From IMG/VR virus record IMGVR_UViG_3300022856_000004: a stretch of DNA of 64,000 nucleotides. The stretch is one strand, 5' to 3'. This stretch comes from an uncultured virus (IMG/VR IMGVR_UViG_3300022856_000004) (lineage: Duplodnaviria > Heunggongvirae > Uroviricota > Caudoviricetes). Below the pieces are notes generated by a model. The model was not told the origin of the DNA. It saw only the letters and a list, made by a program, of their open reading frames with translations, and made no database searches. Positions within the stretch are counted from its first letter, which is position 1, and each line of letters starts with the position of its first letter. The translations under genes and the position numbers were made by a program. This document shows positions 49,001-59,079 of this stretch, in pieces.

Positions 49001-50060
49001 CTTCTCCAATCTCAGCTAATTCTCGTATAGGAACACTATTTCTACCATCTGCAACCGCAACTAATGTATCCCCAGTCACACATGGATTTGTACTTACATC
49101 TCCAAAACCATATTCTTTATAACAATTACCAATTGATTCAGATAACATTTTATCCCAAAACATTACTCCTGGTTCTGCACTATTCCAAGCATTATGAATT
49201 ATTTTAGACCATATATCCCTTGCTATTATTTTATTTCTTAATTCAGTCCCATCATTATATTTAAAAACTAAATCATAACATATTTTATTCTCTAATTCAT
49301 CAAGTTTAGTCTGTTCTGAATCAGTTATATCTAATTTATCACGTAACGTTTTATATAAATCTACATCTTCTTGGTTTGTTCGTTTGACAATAAACATAAA
49401 TTCATCTAACATTTTAACTGATACATTAGCACCAGTTACCTTACCACTTTCCATTTTAGCATCTATAAAATCACCTACATCTGGATGCGAAACCAAAATA
49501 GATAGCATAAGTGCACCTCTCCTACCATCTTGACCAACTTCCCTTGTAGAATTTGAATATCGTTCCATAAATGGAACTACACCTGTGGATGTTTTAGCTG
49601 AATTGTTCACAGGGCTATGTTTGGGTCTTATATGAGATAAATCATGACCAACCCCAGCTCTCCTCTTCATTAGATGTACTTGTTCTTCATCTATTTTAAG
49701 TATAGATCCATATGAATCTTCATCATTACCAATAACAAAGCAATTACTTATACTTATAGTTTGTAAATCATTTCCTATGCCAAACATAGGACTTCCTTGT
49801 GGGATTATATATTTAAATCTATCAAATAAATTGAAATAAAAAGCTGAATCCTTCGCATTTGGATATTTATTATCGATTCTAGAAATTTCATCCGATAACC
49901 TCCAATGCATATTTTCTGGATTTAACTCATAATAAATATTATCTTTATTCAATGAATATTTCGAAATCCAAGTTGTGGCTGAAATATCTTCATTGTTAAA
50001 ATAGTTTTTTGTACTTTCTAATAAATCATCGTATGAATATGTATTCTGACTTATATCCAT
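46011..50060 (-). CDS. nrdJ: class II (adenosylcobalamin-dependent) ribonucleotide reductase, intein-containing
   Basis: SNCFV, RRGALM, EPG, NP|CGE, RRTGIG, TIAPTGT, ISVTVN, GCKGCTIYRDGSR, C-terminal CxxC..CxxCG. Confidence 0.92.
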   Translation of the reverse strand: MDISQNTYSYDDLLESTKNYFNNEDISATTWISKYSLNKDNIYYELNPENMHWRLSDEISRIDNKYPNAKDSAFYFNLFDRFKYIIPQGSPMFGIGNDLQTISISNCFVIGNDEDSYGSILKIDEEQVHLMKRRAGVGHDLSHIRPKHSPVNNSAKTSTGVVPFMERYSNSTREVGQDGRRGALMLSILVSHPDVGDFIDAKMESGKVTGANVSVKMLDEFMFIVKRTNQEDVDLYKTLRDKLDITDSEQTKLDELENKICYDLVFKYNDGTELRNKIIARDIWSKIIHNAWNSAEPGVMFWDKMLSESIGNCYKEYGFGDVSTNPCVTGDTLVAVADGRNSVPIRELAEIGEDVPVYSVDPITGKVDIKMGRNPRLTVNDRQILKITLDDGSSIKTTTNHKFLLYDGTKIEAKDLKCGDSLMRFTKRSERISKNNTNPYYRINTNTKDSTIDKLFEHKLIAKYNNPELWSEKYNANKVNGWVNGGLVVHHKDYNGLNNSPDNLEIMTFREHAKYHADNDTQGEKNGKYSGFTNEDIKEYALDLTSTLRRRFSYKEWSTFAKSKGIPQSLSKWRVDTLGYDLNDLSVWAANKLGFGEYNDVDPRVVKTLHKGMDLNLDVFIDTGKVYINKKCENCNSEFHTTYDAKESTFCSRKCSTLNSWSKPDNSNLNGLRRQASDTKIKHKDLQIKIYSDLKFELDRTPLKVEWEERCKTNNIPFRFGPNSPFKTYKELKYKSIDYNHKVKSVEIYGYEDVYNITVDDNHTLAFITDIKENSIGHNNMIGVFTAQCGEIVLPPYDSCRLTALNLYSYVKNPFTKHAEFDWELFDEHSKYIMRIMDNIVDLELEKIDSILEKINLDPEDINTKQTEIDLWTKIKYKCEMGRRTGIGVTGEGDMLAAMGLIYGTPPATEFSVEVHKRYAINVFRESVQLAKDRGNFPIWDWDIEKDNPFINRILESDPSIKDDLLKYGRRNIGLLTIAPTGTVSMMTQTSSGVEPVFLVSYRRRRKINPTDRNTRVDFVDELGDKWMEFNVFHHKFIDWFFYNQNDIRSNITNDVISESWDYNQCKEYLVGLDENTINIIISMSPYYKATSNDVNWVEKVKMQGEIQKWVDHSISVTVNLPNDIDEDTVDKIYLTAWESGCKGCTIYRDGSRSGVLISNNDTKIDLFEDTKAPKRPKTINCDVIHFTSNGTKWFGFVGLYNDKPYELFTIPVDNIDFNLNNVTNGWIERTKINGKSEYIFIYMKGDDRITTIDLKMYGIKEFDDVSRIVSAILRHGMPIKYVVDLLDGLNLDGDIITSWKSGVKRILKRYINDLEVVTGHECSECKSTNLAYQDGCLTCLDCGSSKCG
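47697..49082 (-). mobile_element. intein (462 aa) with HNH homing endonuclease
   Basis: Starts CVTGDTLV after STNP, block B TTNHKF, HNH VHHKDYNGLNNSPDNL, block F DVYNITVDDNH, ends VFTAQ before CGEI. Confidence 0.9.
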
Positions 50061-50119
50061 TAATTAACCTCTAAATTTTAAAATTATACTTATCGTGGAT
50101 AGATAAATATAGTCAAATT

Positions 50120-51490
50120 TCAATAACGTGCAGAATGTTTTATTTTATCATTAAATGTAGTTCTTGCATTCCGTTTTAAGTTGTTTAATTTCGTAGTTTC
50201 ATTATTAATATCAGCTTCTCCTGTTGAATTTATCAATCCATTTTCAAGAACAAAATCAAAATCTACTAAGAATTTATCCTTACCAAATCTATTTTTGATA
50301 TTCCATAATCTACCTACTTCTTCTTCTTCTTCATTTCTATTCCAAGAAAATACAATATCACATATATCAATCTTACCAATATGCTCCTTAACATGGTATT
50401 CTTTGATTACATCTGATTTCATACCTTCTCTGTTTGATTGCGTCACTATAACAACAGGAATATCATAATCCGTAGCTATAGCCTTACACCCTTTATATAT
50501 AGCATCCAAATTAACAGCTTCACCATTACTAGTTAGTAAATCTGGATAATCTAATATTACTATATTAGGTTTTATGTTCTTTTGAATTTTAGTTTCTATG
50601 TTGGAACGTATCATAGCTATTGTAGCTTGTCCAGGTGAATAATATGTTAAGTCAATATTACCCTTTATAGATTGAATTGTATTGATGAATTGTATTTTAT
50701 TCTCATCTTCATCTGGTAATCGCATTATAGCCTCTATCTCTGAATCTTCTAATGTAGTTGTTATAATATCATATCTACGACCAACATAGTCAGTTGATAA
50801 CTCTAACGTATAATGAGCAACTCTATATCCATTCATAGACGCATATTGACCTATATCACATAATAACCAAGATTTACCTCTACCAGACGCACCTATAAAC
50901 ATAGTTAATGAACCAGATGGTAAACCACCCTTTATTTTATCATTTACATGTTTCCAACGTGTTGGTATAGATGATAATTTGTCTTCTTTATATCTATTAT
51001 GTATATCTTCTTTATAATCGACATCATCATCATTTATATTACCAGCTACCATAGCTTTACCTATGATATTGAATATCTCTTCGAATTTTTTCTCTTCTAA
51101 TAAATCAGCTGATTTCCATAATGCAAGTGTCATGTTAGCATTAACACAAAATTTTAATGTATCATCTTTGATATATTGTAAGTCTGGAGCTGTATAATAT
51201 TCTTTTATTGATAATATTGATTTTTTTACTTGCGTCTTAAATTGTTCATTTTCTTCTTTATTTAATTCATTGGCTAAAAATGATATATTTGGTATATTTT
51301 TATACTTCTCATAATAACCATTTATTAATTTTAATACCCATTGTAATGAATCACTATCCAAATAATTATATTTTAGTATAGGTAACACCTTCTTAGCATA
51401 TGATGCATCAGTTAATATAGATGATATTATCTTCTCTTGAAATTCAAGATCATATTCTAGTTTAAGTGTTAATTCATTTTGTTCAGACAT
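50120..51490 (-). CDS. DnaB/gp41-like replicative helicase (start revised to MSEQ)
   Basis: GASGRGKS, TLELS, ILDY, TQSNR, KNRFG. Confidence 0.9.
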   Translation of the reverse strand: MSEQNELTLKLEYDLEFQEKIISSILTDASYAKKVLPILKYNYLDSDSLQWVLKLINGYYEKYKNIPNISFLANELNKEENEQFKTQVKKSILSIKEYYTAPDLQYIKDDTLKFCVNANMTLALWKSADLLEEKKFEEIFNIIGKAMVAGNINDDDVDYKEDIHNRYKEDKLSSIPTRWKHVNDKIKGGLPSGSLTMFIGASGRGKSWLLCDIGQYASMNGYRVAHYTLELSTDYVGRRYDIITTTLEDSEIEAIMRLPDEDENKIQFINTIQSIKGNIDLTYYSPGQATIAMIRSNIETKIQKNIKPNIVILDYPDLLTSNGEAVNLDAIYKGCKAIATDYDIPVVIVTQSNREGMKSDVIKEYHVKEHIGKIDICDIVFSWNRNEEEEEVGRLWNIKNRFGKDKFLVDFDFVLENGLINSTGEADINNETTKLNNLKRNARTTFNDKIKHSARY

Positions 51491-51520
51491 ACATCTCCTT
51501 GTTCGCAATTATTATAATTA

Positions 51521-51552
51521 CAAACTTACACAATAATATTTAAAAATGCAAA
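51521..51552 (-). promoter_or_regulatory. Bacteroidota-type promoter
   Basis: TTTG-N20-TAAGTTTG. Confidence 0.75.
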
Positions 51553-51554
51553 TT

Positions 51555-52571
51555 TTATTTTTTAGATAGTATAGAATCTAATCTTACGAATGATCTATTT
51601 ATCCAATTGTCGAATTGAAAGAATGATTTTGTCACTCCATCATTTATAATTAGTTCTCTAAGTTTAGTAGAGTTAAGTCGATTACTATATTTTATTTCTG
51701 TGAATAGGTTTCTTATCGTCATAACAGACTTAACATCTATTATTGGTTCCGATAAATCCATCATATCCAAGTTACGCTCAAATAAATCCAAACTATTATT
51801 CATTTTATTAAATGTTTTATCATCTAAATTAGTAGCAAATTCCTCTATTCCAACTCTATTAGGGCTTTTAAGGAATGAAAATGATTTTTTCATAGTTTCT
51901 TTTCCTATACCTTTAACTCCTTTTAAATTATCAGATATATCACCTATTATAGCTTTATAATAAACAAAGTTTTTAGGTGTACAATTGAATGTATTTATAA
52001 CATGTTCTTTATTTATAAGAATCTTGGTAGTTGGATTAAAAACATTACATTTATCAGGTTCTATCAATTGATAAAAATCTTGATCTGTAGATACAATAAC
52101 ACATTTTTTATATTCTAACTTCGTTGCTATATATGCAATCGTATCGTCAGCTTCTATATTATCAATTGAGATTATAGTAACTGGTAAATTATATAGATAA
52201 TCTATTAATCGTTTAAATTGTAGTATCATTGATTCTTCTTCATCAACACCCTCAGACGTTTCCTCTCGATTGTAGCGTTTTATTTTGCCTCTGTTAGCTT
52301 TATACCCAGAATACATCTTCTTACGTCTGTTAGAGCCACCAACACCATCAAAGACTATAACTACTCTTGATGGTGCTAAGGTTCTAATCATATATTCTAA
52401 AGATATTAAGAATCCCACATACCCACCTACATAATAACCATTATCATTTATCTGTGATGCCTTTATAAAACACGCTTTGTATCTATTGGTACCATCTAAT
52501 ATAAGAACATTGTCATTTAATTCAGTTGATATGTCAAGTCCGTTAGGTAATAATATATCTTTAATCGTCAT
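51555..52571 (-). CDS. 5'-3' exonuclease / T4 RNase H-like flap nuclease
   Basis: LILDG, VFDG, YKANR, EADD, STDQDFYQL, GDxSDNxxGVKGIG; start revised to MTIKD. Confidence 0.9.
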   Translation of the reverse strand: MTIKDILLPNGLDISTELNDNVLILDGTNRYKACFIKASQINDNGYYVGGYVGFLISLEYMIRTLAPSRVVIVFDGVGGSNRRKKMYSGYKANRGKIKRYNREETSEGVDEEESMILQFKRLIDYLYNLPVTIISIDNIEADDTIAYIATKLEYKKCVIVSTDQDFYQLIEPDKCNVFNPTTKILINKEHVINTFNCTPKNFVYYKAIIGDISDNLKGVKGIGKETMKKSFSFLKSPNRVGIEEFATNLDDKTFNKMNNSLDLFERNLDMMDLSEPIIDVKSVMTIRNLFTEIKYSNRLNSTKLRELIINDGVTKSFFQFDNWINRSFVRLDSILSKK

Positions 52572-53727
52572 CAATACCTTTCTGATATGATACGGTTTCG
52601 TCATTCTCTACATCAGGTGCAGTCTTGTTAGTATAAGCCATAATATATCTATCAGCTATCTTATCCTTTAGTTCATCTAATAGACCATTTTCACCAGTGA
52701 ATATATCAGTAAAGTCTTTTTTCTGGAATCGAATCTCTTCACCAGAATTGGATTTGTAATCATAATAAGCTCCAGCCGATTTAACTATCTTATATGCTTT
52801 AGCTACTTTAAGAATAGAACCAACTTCATCAATACCAGACATAAAGTATAAATCAAATAATTCTGTTTTTTCAGGTGGACCAAGTCTATTTTTCTTAATA
52901 GAAAACTTAACATTTTTACCTATCTTTTGTTCTAAACCATATTTATCAGTTTGTTTTAAAGTTCCAATTGTCTGTAACCTAACTTTTACTGATGAATGGA
53001 AGTCGATTGCTTTACCACCACTAGTTATATACTTATCTTGTCCTGGCATAGCACCTATATTAACTCTAAGTTGGTTGGTAGCTATAAAAGTTATTACTTC
53101 TCTACCAAATACATTAGTTAGTTTACGCATAGCTTTAGATAATATAATTGGTTTTGATGTTGCATATCCCTCTTTTCCAAATCCAGATGATAACTCTTCT
53201 GGTGTGGATGCCCCCATAACACTATCAAGTATTATAACAACTGGTATATCCTTGTCTCTAGATCTTATATCAACTATAACAGTTTCTATAATATCAAAAA
53301 TAGTTTCTAAATCATCTTGTTCTATATGCAACCAATTTTTATTAAAATCAATACCACATACCTTACCAAAATATTCTGGTAAGAAAGAGTGTTCTGTATC
53401 TATATAGATAGCCATCCCACCCATTGCTTGTACCGACGCTAATATATGAGCTGATAATAGAGTTTTACCTGATTGTTCTAATCCTGTAAGTTCTATTATT
53501 CTACCAGCTGGCATACCACCATATCTATTATTTGAAATTGCAAGATCAAGAATAAAATTACCAGTTGATATATAATATGGAACAGTTCCACTATCTAAGA
53601 AGTCATCTGGTAGTTTGTACGCTACATCATAACCAAGTTTTTTACTGAACTTGGTGTTGAGACTGTCAGCTAATACGGATCCAAGATCTGGCATTTCCAT
53701 AATTTCTTTTTCTTTCTTCTTTGCCAT
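52561..53727 (-). CDS. recA: RecA/UvsX recombinase
   Basis: GRIIELxGxExSGKT, YIDTE, LDSV, NQLR, GGKAxxF, KNRxGPP. Confidence 0.9.
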   Translation of the reverse strand: MAKKKEKEIMEMPDLGSVLADSLNTKFSKKLGYDVAYKLPDDFLDSGTVPYYISTGNFILDLAISNNRYGGMPAGRIIELTGLEQSGKTLLSAHILASVQAMGGMAIYIDTEHSFLPEYFGKVCGIDFNKNWLHIEQDDLETIFDIIETVIVDIRSRDKDIPVVIILDSVMGASTPEELSSGFGKEGYATSKPIILSKAMRKLTNVFGREVITFIATNQLRVNIGAMPGQDKYITSGGKAIDFHSSVKVRLQTIGTLKQTDKYGLEQKIGKNVKFSIKKNRLGPPEKTELFDLYFMSGIDEVGSILKVAKAYKIVKSAGAYYDYKSNSGEEIRFQKKDFTDIFTGENGLLDELKDKIADRYIMAYTNKTAPDVENDETVSYQKGIDDD

Positions 53728-53730
53728 ATA

Positions 53731-54627
53731 TTACTTGTTCTTATTAAATAATGCCTTAAAATTAGCATTGTCTGTTTTAGGTTTTACATCTTCAGTTTTT
53801 GGTTTTGGTTCTTCGGTTTTTTCTTTGGTTGTAACCACAACTGGTTTTATAACTGGTTTCTCAACTTCTTCGATTTCTGTTTTTGGTTCTGGTTCAGATG
53901 TTACTTCTGAGTTATCAGATGTTTCCTCAGATAGATAACAATCTAATATTCTTAATAACTCTGCTTCCGATTCATATTGAAAATTGTCTTTTAATGATGG
54001 TTGGTTCATTATTAATTCAATATCATCTTCCGTAAGTTGAGTCACTTTTTGTTTAAGTAATATAGTTGTTGTATTGTCACTATTCATTTTAACATTTAAC
54101 GCATGCCCATTATCTGGATCTAAAATATCACCTAATTCATCTGGTTCAGCCAAAAATGCACAAATCTGTTTGAATGTTCCGTATGGATAAGACCATAATT
54201 TTAACTCATTACCTGCACTTGTTTCATGTAAAACAAATGAGAAATATCTAGATTTTCCCTCTAATGGTTGTAAGAAGTTCTTAACTTGTTCATCATCTAA
54301 ATTATCAGCATATTGAGTTCTTAATTCAAAGAACATAGTGATAATTGGATCTGGTTCTCCAAATGTCATAGGAGATACAATTTTCTTAAAGTTACCTTGA
54401 AAATAATCTTTTAATGGAAAATGTTGTTTAACCTCTATAATTGGGTATCCATTTTCAACTGCAATTCCTATATCATTACCCTCTGTAAACGGAACTAATT
54501 TAACCGTTTGGCTTTTTTCTTTTGATGGTTTGAAGTAGCTAATTTTGTTCTTTTTAGAACCACCACCACTTAGTCTATTTCTGATCAATGCTGGATCAAC
54601 ATTGAATTTTAATCCTGGTGTACTCAT
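53731..54627 (-). CDS. single-stranded DNA-binding protein (gp32-like)
   Basis: FKP, SPxTFGEPDPI, RYF, LWSY, GDIxDPxxG; acidic tail; next to recA. Confidence 0.7.
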   Translation of the reverse strand: MSTPGLKFNVDPALIRNRLSGGGSKKNKISYFKPSKEKSQTVKLVPFTEGNDIGIAVENGYPIIEVKQHFPLKDYFQGNFKKIVSPMTFGEPDPIITMFFELRTQYADNLDDEQVKNFLQPLEGKSRYFSFVLHETSAGNELKLWSYPYGTFKQICAFLAEPDELGDILDPDNGHALNVKMNSDNTTTILLKQKVTQLTEDDIELIMNQPSLKDNFQYESEAELLRILDCYLSEETSDNSEVTSEPEPKTEIEEVEKPVIKPVVVTTKEKTEEPKPKTEDVKPKTDNANFKALFNKNK

Positions 54628-54642
54628 CGTAACGCCTTTATT

Positions 54643-55842
54643 TTAATTTAAAAAATACAAATTTTGATAATCATTTCCAACTTTTATAGTTGTATTATAA
54701 ATACAAGATATTAATTTATTTATATCATGTAATAAATCTTCACCATCATTTAAATCATAATCAAATAAGAAACTATCATATGTATATAATATTAATTTTG
54801 TATTACTATATTGTAGTCTCTTTATTATATTATTCATTATAATCGCATTATGCTCTGATTCAAATGATTGTATAAAATAATTAAATAGTTTCTTTGGTGT
54901 TGGGTTATCTATATATTCTATATAAATCTTTCGTTTAAAGAAAAATGTAGTTATATATCCATCCATAACAAAGGAAGTATATAATTGTCTAATATATTTA
55001 TTCATTTTATTTGTGAACGTGTTATCTATATCATGCTCACCGTATAAAATCTTAAAATTTATTTTTTTTGATTGTTCATACTGTTCGTCAGTCAAAACAT
55101 CAGTATTAAAATATTCAATTCCTAAATTATAATGTATATTGTCATTATAATCATAATCATAGCCAATTAAATCTGATATTATCTTCATATGAAATGATAC
55201 ATAGTCAAATTGTATTAATTTACCATTATCAAATCTAGATTTGATTTTATTACGTTCTCCGTTCTTCTTAGATATAGCCATCAAATTCATATTATCAATT
55301 ACATTACTAGGTCTTCCAGCAACGTTATAATATGTCATATTAGAATATATTATATCTTCATTATACAAAATACCACTATTATTTATATGATGTATAACGT
55401 TATTAATTGTATCATGATATTCTATAAAATCATTAGTTATATCATTAAATTTTATATATGATATAGCATCAAGTATCTTATTTTCTATAATATAAATCGG
55501 AATTAAATAATAACATTCATCACCATAAAATAACTTGTCTTTTTTGAATATATCATCTATACTCAATGTATTGGCATAATTATAATATACATATGTATTT
55601 AAATCTATAAAAATATTATTTACTTCTGATTTGTATTCATATTTAATAATATATTTACATTTAAAATCTGAGATATTGAATTTAATATTATAATCTATGT
55701 GATTAACACCTATTAAATATATAGAACTATCATCTAAATTATATAAACATACAAACGCATTATCTATAAAAAAATACAATACAAATTTATCATGTAAATC
55801 GTTTATACAATTTACATATTCATCTTGACTACAAATTATCAT
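54643..55842 (-). CDS. minimal family A DNA polymerase-like protein
   Basis: GRPSN..NL, motif A QFDY, motif B SKKINFxxLYG, NYxIQS, motif C YTYDS. Confidence 0.7.
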   Translation of the reverse strand: MIICSQDEYVNCINDLHDKFVLYFFIDNAFVCLYNLDDSSIYLIGVNHIDYNIKFNISDFKCKYIIKYEYKSEVNNIFIDLNTYVYYNYANTLSIDDIFKKDKLFYGDECYYLIPIYIIENKILDAISYIKFNDITNDFIEYHDTINNVIHHINNSGILYNEDIIYSNMTYYNVAGRPSNVIDNMNLMAISKKNGERNKIKSRFDNGKLIQFDYVSFHMKIISDLIGYDYDYNDNIHYNLGIEYFNTDVLTDEQYEQSKKINFKILYGEHDIDNTFTNKMNKYIRQLYTSFVMDGYITTFFFKRKIYIEYIDNPTPKKLFNYFIQSFESEHNAIIMNNIIKRLQYSNTKLILYTYDSFLFDYDLNDGEDLLHDINKLISCIYNTTIKVGNDYQNLYFLN

Positions 55843-56441
55843 TATCTATAAAATTGTAATAAATTACTTAAATATGATGTTATACCATTAAAATCAAGTT
55901 CTGTATTAATTAATACACGTTTATTGGTTTCATACACACCACTTTCCAATCTAACACCATTAGAATTAAATTTATCATGTTTTATACCTGATATTTTCCA
56001 TTTCAATGTAGTTAATTTATGAATTACACTATAAAAATTACTTGTATTATTATTCAATATATTATAATCAGTTTCAGATATTTCAGATATTGGTGCTGAT
56101 ATATCGTTTCTGCGTTTCATAAAATATCTATTAATATATCCAATATTATAATCATCGTCATCTGGAAATGGTGAATATGGACTAATAGATATATTATCGT
56201 AATATGAATCAAACATACCATTACTAGCATTTCTATATTCAATTATAGAATTATCCAATTGTGATAATAATTTAACGGATCTACCACCTATGTATGATGG
56301 TAATGAATATAGCTCACCAGTTACATATCTATGATACCAACCAATATATTCTTCGGTTGATGAATCATAAATTAATTCACCGCCTCTGGTATAAAGACCT
56401 TTTTCAATTTCATTGTCCGAGTAGGATAATCTGTTTCTCAT
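55842..56441 (-). CDS. hypothetical protein
   Basis: 199-aa ORF after the promoter at 56476-56507. Confidence 0.75.
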   Translation of the reverse strand: MRNRLSYSDNEIEKGLYTRGGELIYDSSTEEYIGWYHRYVTGELYSLPSYIGGRSVKLLSQLDNSIIEYRNASNGMFDSYYDNISISPYSPFPDDDDYNIGYINRYFMKRRNDISAPISEISETDYNILNNNTSNFYSVIHKLTTLKWKISGIKHDKFNSNGVRLESGVYETNKRVLINTELDFNGITSYLSNLLQFYR

Positions 56442-56475
56442 ATAATATTCATCTATTATGTTAAATAATAATATA

Positions 56476-56507
56476 CAAACTTAACTAAAAGAAATTACAT
56501 TACCAAA
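56476..56507 (-). promoter_or_regulatory. Bacteroidota-type promoter heading the replication block
   Basis: TTTG-N20-TAAGTTTG. Confidence 0.75.
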
Positions 56508-56509
56508 TT

Positions 56510-58732
56510 TTATTTTTTGACAAGCATATTACCACGACATTGAGTTTCCAATGTTGTAGTCCAATCATGAGGTGTTATCTTATGATCAACTTTAGTAAGT
56601 ATAAATATAACTTTTGCTTTACCGTCTTCATTGTAATATCTACTTGGCATACCATCCACCTCAATTACATTGCCAAATCTAAATCCACTTATACCATCAA
56701 TAGTTATAGTTAGTTCCAATGGATATATAGTTTGTGCTAAATATGAATTATATTGGTGTAATGTTGTGTTTTCTGGTGGAGTCTCTCTATATTCTTTAAG
56801 AGTATTATACAATCCAAGTATAGATGTGCGAGTAACACCAATTTTACCCATAATATGTTTTGCATGTCGTAAGAAATATAATGCTTTTTTACGTCTATTA
56901 TTAATGTCATCTGCTAATTTTTTATCATCCTTAATTGCATCTGAGTATAAACTTCCCAATATAGCTCCAGATTCACCTGTTACATCGTTCATATTAAATC
57001 TACCTTCAACATACAATGCGTTTGCCATGGAATTCGGAACATTCAGATTAAAATTTATAGATCTAACTATAGGTTTAGTATCATCGTGAGTGCTAAATCG
57101 CAATGGCTTCAATCCACCATGTTGTGTATAAGTAAAATTCAAATCAATTAGATTATACCAAGAAATATATTTACCATTATCACCAATTATTTCTTCCATT
57201 ATAAAACCAAGTTTATAAAGTCCACCTGATGCATATGATATTTTATCAAAAATTATAGTAAATAAATTAAAAATTGTTTTTTCCTGAGTATTATTTATAT
57301 CTGATATTGATTCTAATATATCCAATACAAAATCAGTCGATATTAATATTTCACCTAAATTACAAAAATCAGGTGTATCAACCCTTTGGAATTGAGTATT
57401 AAATGTACCACCAGATTTGTCCTTACCTCTGTACATTCTAAAATACCCATTATCATATCCAGCCGAACGACCCGGAACTTTATGTAATGGTTTATTTGGA
57501 TGTAAGTTATAATGTGCAGAATTATATGTATCCGACTCATCTATACCACCGTTAAAAAATATAGTGTCTGGTATACAAGATACAACCTCTTTATCGTATA
57601 TAGATATGCTCCTAACACCATAAGGAAATTTATATTGCTCTTCTAAATCTATTCTATTACCATTTCCATTCTTCCAAGCACCATAATTAGCTGACATATA
57701 TACACGTTTCTCATCTGGACCTATCCCGAATCTATCAGATCTAGCCGCAACTGCATTCGTATAATAATATATTAAATCCGAGAGTCCTATATAAACTGTC
57801 CATGTAGGAAGCAATGCTTCTGGATAAGATTCTAATGAATATAATTCATTATCCATATTAACTGTATCATTTGATTTTGGTTTGGATTTTGGATATTTTA
57901 TAGGTAATGATCTAGCTGCATATCTAAGTTCAGTATTATCTATAGTTTTGGTTTCATTTGAACTTAGAAAATTACCACCCACATTACCTATATCAGCAAT
58001 ATCAATTATTATTTTTTCAGATAAACCCCTTGCATATGCAATTGTAATGTTAGTATCACTTACTAATCTAGGGTGTTCACTTTGATTCATTTTAGCATCA
58101 ACGACTTTAGATGATGCATTTGCTGATATACCTGATAGGAAATAACCTTCACCGACAGTTTGTAATTTTATAGACCAAGTTAGATCATCATTCATTTCCA
58201 CATTAAAGTTATAAGTTATACCTTTATATGTATCTTGTGATGGGTCTAAATTTTTTTTATGTATTTTATTTGTAGTTGCTTTCTCAGAAGTTCTACCAAC
58301 AGCCCAACCATATTTTATTTGTATATCACTACCTGGCTTTATAATGTCTTTCTCGAACTTCTCTAGTTGATCTAACGTAAATACTCTAAAACTTATATCG
58401 GCTCTTTGTAACGCACCCCAAGTACCTTGATTTGATATAGTAACATCTTCTAATATAGGTTCTTTTGGTATAGGATAATCTGACTGATACATATCAATAA
58501 ATCTATTATCATCACGACCAAAACCAAGTATAGGTTTATCACCTGGTTGTTTAGTTTTCTTATCTACATAGTAAACTTCACACCAAGATTGCTTTGCTGC
58601 TTCCCAATCAAATTTAGTACCATATACACCACGTGTATTATGACCATATATCCTAGAACGTTCATTTATTTCAGCTCGGACATCTGGATGCACTTCATTG
58701 TATATCGGATTATAATCTATTTGTAATGCCAT
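56510..58732 (-). CDS. putative baseplate hub / tail protein
   Basis: C-terminal ITIDGISGFRFG...VDHKI..WTTxL, typical of hub (gp27/GpD-like) proteins; follows the LysM-like gene. Confidence 0.55.
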   Translation of the reverse strand: MALQIDYNPIYNEVHPDVRAEINERSRIYGHNTRGVYGTKFDWEAAKQSWCEVYYVDKKTKQPGDKPILGFGRDDNRFIDMYQSDYPIPKEPILEDVTISNQGTWGALQRADISFRVFTLDQLEKFEKDIIKPGSDIQIKYGWAVGRTSEKATTNKIHKKNLDPSQDTYKGITYNFNVEMNDDLTWSIKLQTVGEGYFLSGISANASSKVVDAKMNQSEHPRLVSDTNITIAYARGLSEKIIIDIADIGNVGGNFLSSNETKTIDNTELRYAARSLPIKYPKSKPKSNDTVNMDNELYSLESYPEALLPTWTVYIGLSDLIYYYTNAVAARSDRFGIGPDEKRVYMSANYGAWKNGNGNRIDLEEQYKFPYGVRSISIYDKEVVSCIPDTIFFNGGIDESDTYNSAHYNLHPNKPLHKVPGRSAGYDNGYFRMYRGKDKSGGTFNTQFQRVDTPDFCNLGEILISTDFVLDILESISDINNTQEKTIFNLFTIIFDKISYASGGLYKLGFIMEEIIGDNGKYISWYNLIDLNFTYTQHGGLKPLRFSTHDDTKPIVRSINFNLNVPNSMANALYVEGRFNMNDVTGESGAILGSLYSDAIKDDKKLADDINNRRKKALYFLRHAKHIMGKIGVTRTSILGLYNTLKEYRETPPENTTLHQYNSYLAQTIYPLELTITIDGISGFRFGNVIEVDGMPSRYYNEDGKAKVIFILTKVDHKITPHDWTTTLETQCRGNMLVKK

Positions 58733-59070
58733 TATCTATTCGCTTTGTTAAAGTTTCTAATTTTTTCAGATGGATTGCTATACTTAGGTGGTATTCTTAG
58801 TTTAGTGTTTGGTTCTAATGCATACGACGTTGGTAATAAACTATTAGCTAACGCAATATACCACCATAACGTAGTATCATTATAATACTCATCAGCTATC
58901 AAATCCAATCTATCACCGATTCTGGTGATTATATATATATCATTTAAACTTGACATTGGATATGGATATATATAATGATCTAATTTTCTTACATTTTTTA
59001 AATCAGTATCACCATGTCGTTTATAATCTATATTAACTATATCTGTATCATCATATCTTCTATTTGACAT
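58732..59070 (-). CDS. LysM-like baseplate protein (gp53/tail X-like)
   Basis: GDRLDLIAxxYYxDxxLWWYIAxAN...LRIP. Confidence 0.8.
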   Translation of the reverse strand: MSNRRYDDTDIVNIDYKRHGDTDLKNVRKLDHYIYPYPMSSLNDIYIITRIGDRLDLIADEYYNDTTLWWYIALANSLLPTSYALEPNTKLRIPPKYSNPSEKIRNFNKANR

Positions 59071-59079
59071 TTAATTACC

